Assembly (NCBI GenBank): GCA_963693365.1
Contig: CAVNZM010000002.1
Location: forward strand, 11,216,328-11,280,327
Source: Amoebidium appalachense
Taxonomy: Eukaryota > Protista > Ichthyosporea
DNA: 64,000 nt
Direction: 5' to 3'
Shown: in pieces, positions 42,701 to 54,413 of the stretch
Position numbering within the stretch: the stretch's first letter is position 1
Layout of the letters: each line of letters opens with the position of its first letter
The notes under the pieces: model-generated
Told to the model about the DNA's origin: nothing
The model's input: the letters and a program-made list of their open reading frames with translations, nothing else
The model's database searches: none
Position numbers and translations under genes: made by a program

Positions 42701-44883
42701 CTTCAAACACAACACCAAAACCAGAACTAGCTAAATTCTAAATGCCACCTATCAATCCCCTTGAAACCTGGATTCTCTCTTTCCATGTAATCGAAAGTGC
42801 TGTGCTTTAGACGTTGGTGCCACATACAAGTGTTTTACCCCTTTCTTTTCTGCATAGGCTGGCCATAAGACCGGGACCACCCACATGGCAGGCACCCAAG
42901 AAGCTGTGAGCATGGATCTCGACAGTCCTGTTAAGTCCGGTGGCAACCCCACCGCCGAAAAAACCCAATTAAGGTCGTCCCCCCCCCCCCCCCCCCCCCT
43001 CCATCCCCCCTCCCCCCTCTCCCCTTGTTAGCCTATCAGCTTATGGAAGCCCCCTTCCACTAGCCATTCTTTTGCAGCTCTCGATGCAAATGTGTCATCG
43101 CTTCCGATTTTCAACTTTCGTCAGTTTCTGCACTTTTGTTTGCATGATGCATTGGGTCTCTCCTTGTTCTCATGGATTTTCTCGTTATGCTGACCCCGTC
43201 ACTATCACCCCATCTCCATTTGCCCTTTCTCGTATACCTGATGCTCACATGTCAAACATCCCCAGGCTGACAATCAAGCCGCATTGGCCGAATCCACCCC
43301 TTATGCGATGAGTCCGCTAGGTGTCAAATACCGCACCAACCAGCCTGATACCGAACACACACATGCAGTACATGAAGAAGTGAGCCCCCCCACCCACCCC
43401 CCCCCCACCCTCCGTCTCCACCCTAATCTAATACTTGATGCTCCCTCTGAAGTTGGTTGTTTGCCACCTTCTTCTTGCTTGTAGAACCCCCCCCCCCCCC
43501 CCCCCCCCCTCTCCCCATACCCCTCTCTCCCTCACTTCCCCCGTCCCTCCTCGATTCAGCTTTTTCTTGCATACATCCCCCCCTACCCTCCTCCCCCTCC
43601 CCTCCCCCCCGGTATGTGGTGTGCCTTTGTTCACACTACTTCCCATACCTCCACACAATCCACTAAAGTTCCGCATGATCCCCCCCCCCCCCCCTCCCCC
43701 CCCTCCCCCGGGGTGGCGAACATATCTGCAACTACTCGATGTCTTTTCTGTGCTTGACGTACAGATATACTAACGCTTTGTCAGTGCTGCCTCCCAGCAT
43801 TCTCTTTTTGAAATACTCGAATACATGCAATATACTGCACTGTTCTTCATGGTAAATCAACCTTAAAAACAGAGCCGAAACTGTTTCTCCTCCCTTCGAC
43901 CTCCACCACTGCCAGGACACACACACACACGCACCCACGCACCCGCCCGCCACCCACCCACCCACGCGCGCACGCAGGAACGCACACGTGCCAGCGCGCA
44001 CACACACACACACACAAGCACACACACACACACAGCACACACAGTAATACACACACACTGACCTTTACTTGAAAGAACTTATTCAGCGTAACCGAAACAG
44101 AGAACCCAACCTTCGGCGTGTATGCTCTATCACTTAGGCCACAGAAGCACTTTGCTGACACCTGCTCCTACAGCCCATCGTTCACCTCAACCTACATGCG
44201 GCCACACCCGCAAACAAACACAACACCGCCGAGGATGATGAGGAGAATGTCACCGAGGCATGAATCCATCATATGGTGCATGTGCCACTAAACTTAATCT
44301 GTGTGCGCGTGTTCTCTTTTATAGTGCGTTCTTCCTGGTGGATCACGAGCTGCCTACCCCTTGCCCTCTCTCTTTTGGTTTTCGGATTTGTATTTTATAC
44401 CCGTCTGGGAGGAAAATGGGCCGAAATTTGGGTGCGTAACATTCTGTATTTGAGTCTGTGTGTGTGTGTGTGTGCGTGCGTGTGCGTGTGTGCGTGTGCA
44501 TGTGTGCGTGTGTGTGTGCGTCGTACGTGCGTGTGTGTGTGTGCGCACGTGTGTGTGTATGTGTGTGTGTGTGTGCGTGCAAACATGCGTGTGTGTGTGC
44601 GTGCTTGCATACTTCCATGCATGCATGTGTGTGTGCGTGTGTGCGTGTGTGTGCGTGTGCGTGTGTGCGTGTGCGTGCGTGTGTGTGTGTGTGTGCGCAC
44701 GTGTGTGCGTGTGGTTGCGCGTGGGTGCGTGCGTTCGTGGATATGCTGGTCGTGGTGGTGTTGTTTTGTTGAGAAGGTGCAATTGTACAGCAATGGGGGG
44801 TTGGTATTTGCGTTTTTGGGGATGGTGGTAGTGTGGTTTGTGGGGAGGGATGGGCGGGTGGGCGGGTGGGCATCGGGAGTGGA

Positions 44884-44915
<32 letters not shown>

Positions 44916-45888
44916 TCTGGTGTGCAACAGATACAAGTCTGTATGGGCTGACACGGTTAAATTCAACACAGCTGTGTGACCTCGTGTTGCACCTTGCATG
45001 GTCCCTGCACGTGTAGTCTTTCTGACGTTATTGCCTTCGTCTGCAGGAGGAAGGCAGCAGCACGGAGGAAGGATGCGATGAAAGTGCTGACGAGATAGAT
45101 GAGGTGTGTATTCGATGATGGATTCTCTTTTATGTGTGCTTTGCGATCCGGGTTTGTGTTGTCCGTCATAAATGTGTGCTTTGCGCTATGCAACACATCC
45201 CCCCCCCCCCCCCCCCCCCCCCTCCCGGCCCCTGCCCCTGCCCCTGCCCATCGGGCACCAACACTATGTAAAATATTTCCAAACCCCCCCCCCCCCCCCT
45301 GCCCCTTTTGCAAAAACACTATATAACACATTTCCAACCCAACCCCCCTACTTGCCACCCAACCCTCTCTGCACACCAACACTATATACCACATTTCCAA
45401 CACACCCCCCCCCCCCCCCCCCCCGTCCATCAATACACCCCTTCCTTTTGTTCCCATTACCCCCTCCTTTCTTCACTTTCCCTAACCTCCGTTTTATCCT
45501 ACCTCGCTACAACCCCCCTCCCCCTCCACCCCTTCCCCCTCTTCTCTTCCCCCTTCCCCTCCCCATTCGCTCCCTACCTCCCTCTCTCTCCCTCTCTCTC
45601 TCGGTGGTCGGTTAATAAGATGATGACGATGGGTCCAGCAACCCCACCCCTACCCATTACCTTACAAATGTCTTTTCTTCTCCCTAATACCCCTCTTTTC
45701 CACCGCTTTGCGCTGTTCCCTCCTACTACTTCCCCCTCCCCCCCCCCCCCCCCCCCCTCCGGGGGGCCTCGGCCAATACCACCCATTGATCCTCTTCCAC
45801 ACACACTTACATCCACAGTTACCGGTTCACACGCCTACACGCACAAATGCACAAAACTCCTCGGCGGAAATGAATAGACGGGACAGCC

Positions 45889-45929
<41 letters not shown>

Positions 45930-46481
45930 CCCCTCCCCCCAACCCCACCCCCACCCCACCCCCACCCCACCCACCCGGTCCAACCACCAAACACACCTTC
46001 CTTCTGGTATACACTCCCCACCTCCATTCCTTGACACAAGCTGTGGCGAGGGGCCTTGTGTGTTGTGTGGTGTGTTTGAATGGGTGGGTGGTTGGGTGGG
46101 TGGTCCGTGGGTGTGGGTGGGTGAGTGGGTGTGTGTGAGTGTTCAATGTTTAGGGTCTTGGGTTTGGGGGAAGGGGAAGGGGGGAGGGGGGTGGGGTGGG
46201 GGGGGGGGGGGGGGGGGGGGGGGGTGGGGAGATTTGGTGCATTGAACATATAAACGCAGGGATTAAGTCTCTAACCAACACTTTTGTCATCCTGGTGCAG
46301 CTTCTGGAAGAGGTGCCCGGCTTGCTTGACGCCATCTCAGCACTCGAGGAGATTCACAAAGAATATGTATGGTGCTCCTCCCCCTCCCCCCCTCCCCCCC
46401 CCCCCCCCCCCCAACCCCACCCCCACCTCCCCCTCCCCCCGGTCCCCCCCCCCCCCCCCCCCTCTTTCCCCCTCTCTCTCT

Positions 46482-46535
<54 letters not shown>

Positions 46536-46546
46536 GCATGCGCGCG

Positions 46547-46595
<49 letters not shown>

Positions 46596-47208
46596 GTGTG
46601 TTTTTGTGTGTGACACTGTGTATGGGTGTGTGTGAAGAGGGGAGAAGGGGGCAGGGGGGGGGGGGGGGGGGGGGGGGAGGGCTCTGGGCAGTTCAAATTG
46701 AAGGTGGAGATGCAGCTAGGTCGAACACACCTTACACACTTACACACACACACACACGCAATCTCTGATAAAAATAATAGAGCCCGGTTGAGGAATTATC
46801 CGATACATGCCAACTATTTTCTAAAGCTTCCCCTTTTGGCAGGCTGCCATGGCCTGGAATACCAAACCCCTCCAGTATGCCGATCACTCGGAGCTGGAGC
46901 ATACGTGCGACATCTACACCACCGAGATCAATAATGTTGCATTCCGCCACCTGGACAACACCAAGATTATTCCACGGTGGGTGCTGCAGGGAACACTCAA
47001 GAACCTGCTGGAGATGGCCAGGGTGTGCCATGACGCATACCACGAGGTGTCAGTCGCCCTGAACGGATTGCTAAATCCAAACGACAAACCAGGTAAACAT
47101 ATCCTGTCTTTCCTTCACCTGCTCCACCCCGACGGGGCCACTGGCCCACCCTCCTTGTACCCAAAATTCCCACCTACACTGCCTTTGTCCACATCTTCGT
47201 TTCATCCT

Positions 47209-47240
<32 letters not shown>

Positions 47241-48408
47241 ACCCCCCCCACCACCACCACCACCACCCCGCGCCGTGGCCTTTGATTTTTTCCTTCCTCG
47301 TCTGCTTATACAATGATGGGATAATGTGCATTTCTTCGGGGCGCACACAACGGACATACTGGTGTATACATGCCTTTCTCTATCTTTAGTGGTTCATCCT
47401 GGATATTTTGTACATTCCTTGATGGACACATAAGTCATAAAACATGGGGCATATTTGAGCTAGAACCAATAGAACACCCAATCCCTTATAAGCAAAAGGG
47501 TGTGTGTGTGTGTGTGTGTGTGCACGGGCGTGGGTGTGTGCATGCATGCGTGCATGGGTGTTTGTGTGCGTGTTATTCTAAATCATGTTTTTATTTATAA
47601 TCTATCTTACGTGTGGCCTAGAAAGGAGGGTGGGTAGAAAGCCATGTGACTAACCTGCGGTACCTCTAACTAGCGTGCTCCGCCTCTGCTACTGGAGAAT
47701 GCTGTTTGGCCTCCGGGAGCTGAGAGCCAAATGCATTGCCTATGTGAGAACCCCCTTCTCCCCTCCCCCCTCCCCCCCTTCCCCCCCCCCCCCCCCCTCT
47801 CTTCCCTCCTCTTGCTCCCCCCTCCCCTTCCCCTTCCACTTGCTGCCCGAGACTGTGCTTTTGTGCTTGGAAGTTTCTGTTTGAGTTCGTTTTTGCAGAT
47901 AGTTGTATAGTCTCATCGCCTTGCTTTTGGATGGGAAATATTTCTTTGTCTTCCCCCACACATACAAATAAGGGTACTCATCAGAATAGGTGGCTCGGCA
48001 AGAATCTCAACTGTAGTCCAACCAACCTGACCAATATCACCCCTTAACCCACCCTTAAACCAACCACCGCTTGTCCCATTTTAGCGTCTGGGCGGTGACC
48101 ACCCGAGAGCCACATTTCTCAAATGCGTCTCACCAATCATGAGAATCAATCAAATTGTGTCACAGGCCATGTCGACCTACGACAGAGCCAACTTCAGCCC
48201 GTACGGCGTCATGGAAATTGTGCACAGAATGACGTCACCAATGTGGCTCGTGGCCCAGCGGCTAAAATAGAAGTAGCGGTGGTTGCTTTAAGTAGTGCAA
48301 TCCTGTGCAAGAGGCACACCCACATGCACTGAGGCCGATCACACAGGTACCAAAAAAATTGTCCACAAAAAGGGAGTTTTTTTTTTTTTTTTTTTTTTTT
48401 TGGGGGCG

Positions 48409-48441
<33 letters not shown>

Positions 48442-48845
48442 GGAGGAGGAGGAGGTTCCTCCCATGAGTTGCTTTACTCATCATACATTCTTTTCCCGCC
48501 TGCAGATCAGGGATGCAGAGGCCAAGAAAGAGGTCACCATCATAGTCATGGTCTAGGCCAACAAGCACACCCACCAGCTCTCACCAGCAAACAGCAGATT
48601 TCCAGACGGGCACACAAAGGAGAAGTCGGAGGAGGCGCTCAATGAAGAGTGTGACTACATGAACAACGTCTCACTCATGGCTCTCGAGGTAGGTCTGTGT
48701 GATCAGTAGATTCAGTGTGTTAAACAGCTTATACTGGACTTGGCTTTGTGCTTACTGAAATGAAACCGAACACGAGCAAAAGCTTTTGGTGGACAAAAGG
48801 CTATGTGCATGTGTGGGCGTATGTGAACAACTAAGTTGTGGGGGC

Positions 48846-48898
<53 letters not shown>

Positions 48899-49239
48899 GG
48901 CGCGCGCGTGTATGTATGGGTTTGGGGGATGGGTGTGTGTGTGCGTGTGTGTGTGTTGGGGGGAAGAAGGGGGGGGGGGGGGGGGGGGTAACTAAGAGCA
49001 CAATTCTGTCTATAGATCCTCTCTCTCTGCGGCTAGGTAGAAGACCATGCAACCAATCTTTACCTCGGCCGCTGTGTGAGGAACCTTTGAGCTGTAGAGC
49101 ATTACCGAAAGCCTGAGGGAGCGCTTTTTTTTTTTTTTTTTTTTTTTTTTTTGGTGGTGGTGGTGGTGTGTGTGTGTGTGTGTGGGGGGGGGGGGGGATA
49201 AGCAGGCAGCTGATGTTTTTAAGTGCGCGCGCACGGGTG

Positions 49240-49300
<61 letters not shown>

Positions 49301-49354
49301 TCGTGTGTGTGTGTGTGTGTCGCAGTGTGTGTCGCAGTGTGTATGGCTGTGTGT

Positions 49355-49412
<58 letters not shown>

Positions 49413-49892
49413 CGCGTGCGCATGCATGGGCAGGCTTTACGGTGTACATGTGCCATTGACGCTTTCCATTTACTAAATTTTATTGCTAATATTAAGATGG
49501 ATTTAAGTTTATCCGTGCTGTGAAGCAAATGACTATGTGCACCTTTTCTGGTGTGTCCCGATTTACTGTAAGATGCTTCCAGTTTTCTGACATCTGGTTA
49601 CTGGTTACTTGCACGCACAGGACCTGCGCGCCGTCTTGGACCCGGAGGCAGTCACGAAAGTGCGCATGTCGGTCTTTGCGTACGACTATCTCTACCGCAC
49701 CCAGTGGCGGGATGGCTTCAAGGTGTTTGGCCGTTTCGCGTTGAAGTGGTGGGGGTGAGGGCAGCAGAAATCAAGGCCAAGAGAGCCTGTCAGAAATTCC
49801 TACGCGAGACCCGGGGGGTGACGATACACGACATCAAATCCCCCGGTATCGTCAAGTATGAGAGCGACGATGACGATGACGAGTACGAGTAG
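39800..49892 (+). pseudogene. Multi-exon gene with disabled 3' part; possible decayed P-element-like DDE transposase
   Basis: Exons 39800-40052, 40315-40419, ~40644-40978, 41274-41354, 41625-41762, 42005-42103, 42278-42370, 42858-42905, 43266-43379, 44174-44257 (would need a GC donor), 45047-45103, 46301-46366, 46843-~47092, 47674-47743, 48166-?, 48506-48688 and 49621-49892. The 5' two-thirds splice in frame. There is an in-frame TAG at 48554-48556 and a frameshift at ~49720. The transposase call rests only on recalled motif similarity (FPVCIMADGVALVP; RELRAKCIAYAMSTYDR) and the flanking inverted repeats. Confidence 0.55.
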
Positions 49893-50904
49893 ACCGGTGT
49901 GTGCGTGTGTGCACGTGTTTGAGGGGGGGGGGGGGGGGGTTCACAACTTTGCTTCGATTAGCACCAAAGTTCTCGCGGTTCCACAAATAGATTGTGATAT
50001 TACATGTAGGACCAAGATCTATGTTTATGATCATGATTCGAAAGCAACTTCTGGGAGGTATTCAATCAACATATGTATGTGTTTGGTTGGCTGTTACTAT
50101 ATGTATCACCAAAACATGTTCCAAACGTTAGATTTAGCTTGTTCAATTTTAAAGAATGATGTTGACTAGTGGTGAATGGATCATGTTCTTACCATTTTTA
50201 AAAGTTAATACCAATGTTATTGATTAACGTTTGAGAATCTCTGTTATTGTGCGGATTGAGGTGTAGGAAAATGTATTCATGTATGGCGCCAGGGACGCCC
50301 CACTCGTTTAGTGTGTGGCTGTGCTGGAAAGCTCAACAAGCCATAGATGCACAAGGTACGATGGGTATTTTGGGGGGTCGGCTACATTTGGTCCGAGGCT
50401 ACATTTGGTACTGCTACAGCGGGGGTGTAGGCGGAGGTGGAAAAAAAAAAATTGAAAAACGTGCATTCAACCTTGAATTCATAAACATTCCGGTTTTACA
50501 CAGTCTATGAATTTTCCGGAAATAGAATAGAGCTCCTTTGGATGTGACACTTGTCTTGACAGTTTAGCGATTTGAACTGCGGAAATCCACAGTAGTGGAA
50601 ATATTTACTATGGAATGTTTCCGGAGCGATGTTTTATACAAATGGTTCAACCCGGGATGATGCCAAGGTGTATTTTTTGCTATTTTGTGTTCCATTGATC
50701 CACCTGACCATATGAATTCGAACCATTTTTAGGGTATCAGAAGTTATCCTGACGAACTACTAATAATAGGAATATCTATTTGTTACAGAATGACTATTTT
50801 AGCATTCTTTCAACGTATTAACAGCGATGTAAATATCCTAAAACCTTTCTGGAGTTGATCATGAGTGTGTGTGAAACTTTTGAAAGTTTCAGTGGCACAT
50901 GCAT

Positions 50905-51185
50905 ACACCAGCTGATACCGAGTGTCCCAGGGGAGCCCGTTAGGGGGGCAAAAAAAAACAAAAAAAAAAGCACGGGCAACCCAACAATATTTTCTTCTTG
51001 GTTTTATGGTGCAGATAGAGTGAGCAAACCTTGACATATAATCATTACCCGACATCGATACCTATGTACCTGATGATGAAATGACGCTGAGGGGATATAC
51101 CAAGTAAAACCCCTCCATACCTGAGACTAGTCTATTTGCCTCAAGCAAACGATGTAAACCCTCGCTCATATCATAGCAACATGCA
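50905..51185 (-). repeat. Right arm of the long diverged inverted repeat (partner ~38325-38618)
   Basis: The reverse complement aligns block by block with 38325-38618. Poly-C at 51217-51284 mirrors poly-G at 38215-38270. Confidence 0.85.
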
Positions 51186-51215
51186 TGTAAATGTACAAAC
51201 ACATAATTATCGGTA

Positions 51216-51284
<69 letters not shown>

Positions 51285-51796
51285 TGAAGATGAACCCCGT
51301 ATAATATCCCAGCACCCTTCAGGTCCTAGACGAGTACTCTACCCCGGCGGCCGGTCTGCCTGGCGCCATCTTATAATTGAATTAGCCACATCGATCTTGT
51401 TGCATTTGCTTGCTCTTTGTGTCCATTTTTGGCTCTAGACCCGCGCCGTTTAGTACTACTGGTGACATCTTGAACAAAGGGGGTGTATTTCATCTAGATC
51501 TGATAGATATTAAGGTTGTATTCATCAGTATGGTTTATTCATTCAATGGATTTTTTCCTTCAGCAACGTACTCATCATGATCAAAGTACTGTCAACATTG
51601 ATGATTCGAATTCGTACTGGCTGACGACGGTACATGGTAGCTATAATCGAGTCCATAGAAAGGGGTGATATATGTCTCAGCGCTACGGCGGCCGGTAAAT
51701 TAGACAAGGGAACGGAAAGCAAAATGGTCACCAACTGATCTCATTTTGTGGCCTGCACAGGTAGGAGGAAGGATTGTGTGTGTGTGTGTGCGTGTG

Positions 51797-51858
<62 letters not shown>

Positions 51859-52885
51859 GGCCGAGGGGAGGAGGGGGGGGGGGGGGGGGGGGGGGAGGCG
51901 GGAGGGGGGGGGAGAGGATATGAATGAAGCATGAGCACAATGTGTCGTAGCAGTCTGGCATCATTTCAAGCGGAAGGGGCCGTAAGAAGAATTAAGCACC
52001 ATTCACTTCAGCAAAAACTACTGCCACATGTATATCAGGTGCAATTGTGATCAACACCCCACTTGTAGGCCTCAAGTTGCACGATGTAACAGGTAGATAC
52101 ACATATTGGTGTGTATGCATATGACCAGTGGAGCACCATCATAAATGCCTGTCACTTTAGAGTCAATCACCATCTTTAATAGTCATGCATGGCTGCACTT
52201 TGCAGTTTCTCGCTTTGCATTCAGTTATAAATATATCTTCAGACTTTCATTGCAGAAGAGATGATGGAGCTGTCAAGTGTCATCAATAACCATTTGTCCA
52301 CACAAATCTTTGCACATCATAAATTGAGCTCTGCTAGTGAGGTAAGAATTCAAACCCTACTACATCCATGCACAACATGTTCAGCGCACCCAGGCAGACC
52401 AAGTATATGCACACTTGCACCCTCTCCCACTTCATGCTTACCACTCTTCTTGTCTAGGATAACAAACCGTGAAGCACATGGTAGCCTGGAACAGCGGAAC
52501 CAGGAATAGAGGAACCAAATCCTGGCAACACGCCTGTTTCTAAACGTGTTCATGCACATAATTCAAGATGTGTAAATCCAAAAATTTTGGCGCACATGTA
52601 CAGATTGATGCGAAACAATGCAAAAGTTGTACTTGCTGCAGCCAGTGTTTTCAAACCCTGCACAATGCTTCAAACACCAGTGATGTGCAGGGTCAAATCC
52701 CCCCCTCCCCCCCCCCCCCCCCCCTCCCCTCCCCCTCCTCCTCCTCCCGAGCCCCTTTCACATATGGAGGGGCAAAGAAAAAAGATATATATATACAAGC
52801 GACCAATGTTTTCGCTTTTAACACCTTAGAGTTCCACTTTGAGAGCTGGAAACCAGGTGCGCTTCAGCCTCAAGAGTCTCTTAGA

Positions 52886-53461
52886 CTACATGCAGTTGCT
52901 CCTTGCCAGTTCGAGAGCCTCATTTGGCCGAAGGGGGTGTCCTTGGCCCGTTGCCCAGTTTGAAAGGAGATGTGCCATCTGCATCATTGAAGTTTGGGCG
53001 CACAGAGGGGTGAGAAGATGAGAAAAATGGTTAGACACCCCACACCCACGTGCCTGTGCCTGCAGACCTAAAACACATCATGTCTAAACTAAAACCTAGC
53101 AGTCGTCTTCATACATTGTGTGCAGTGTGTGAGCCTAGGTTCGCGAGCAAACAACAGCCAGAACTTATGTATACCTGTGGACAAACATACACCCACATCT
53201 TCTTTTGTTTTCTTTGTTCTTTTTGTGTTTTCTTTTTGTGTGTGTGTTTGTGTGTGTGTGCGCGCGCGTATGCGTGTGTGTGTGCGTGTGCGTGTGTGTT
53301 TTTTTTGGGGGGGGGGGGTGGGGGGTGGGGGGTGGGGGGGGGGGGGGGGGGGGGGGAGGGGGGGGAGGGGGGGGGGGGGGGGGGGGGGTGATGTGGTGAA
53401 ATATCTTCTTGGTTTTTTTTTTTTTTTTTTTTTTTTTTTGCCCCGAGAGGGGTCCCGGGGA

Positions 53462-53502
<41 letters not shown>

Positions 53503-54279
53503 TAGTCATAGTGTAAGTGCCTAGTTGTCTGGTAGGGTGACTCAGAGGTAGGTTGGTCGTTCATAATAACTGTTTCTGGCGAACAAGAGGTAACAGAATC
53601 GTCTATTTCATATTTTAGTTCCTTTATCTAGATAGGGGTTGACCAGAACTTGAAAAAATTGAACTGGTAGGGTGGTAAGACATAAACCACGGGAAAACGG
53701 AATAAACAGGGCAAAGGACAATTGCGCACATTGCGCGCACACCTGCTCAGTTGTCAGGTACTGGCGAAGCTGATCATCTTCCAAGACAAACTTGTGTGCA
53801 GATGGAAAGTCCCGGATTTCTTCAATGATGTTTCGCAGAGACTGTCCACTGGCTGTGTAAGGACCATAGGTTAGTGACACACACATGTTTGGTGCAATGT
53901 TATTCTACTTAAAACATGAAACCGACCACAAATAATAAGCTATAACGGTGTAGCCATATCAGCAACTAGGCAGGTTTTTGGTGTCAAAACGCGTCCAAAT
54001 ATTTGCACGATTGGCGAGGTCTAAATGTGAACCACGGTTTTGCTGACTTCTTATTGCCAAGCATTAATTAAGGAGATCACTGGAACTCGTTGCTAGTCCC
54101 CGTGTCCACTACAGCTACCGTGTCCATCCCCCTGACGCATAGAGTGAGCTTATACATACACACATAGATACATAGATACGTACGTACATACAGACATACA
54201 CACACACACATACCTACATACACACGTACATATATACGTACGTACGTACATGTATGCATACATACACGTATGTTGTGTG

Positions 54280-54359
<80 letters not shown>

Positions 54360-54374
54360 AGTGTGAGTATTTGT

Positions 54375-54413
<39 letters not shown>

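Noticed and set aside
45260-45402. Three spaced copies of AACACTAT.TA..A.ATTTCCAA resembling repeat-spacer units
   Set aside because: The copies are degenerate, the spacers are C-rich low-complexity sequence, and the site is intronic in a eukaryote with no cas genes: a minisatellite, not CRISPR.
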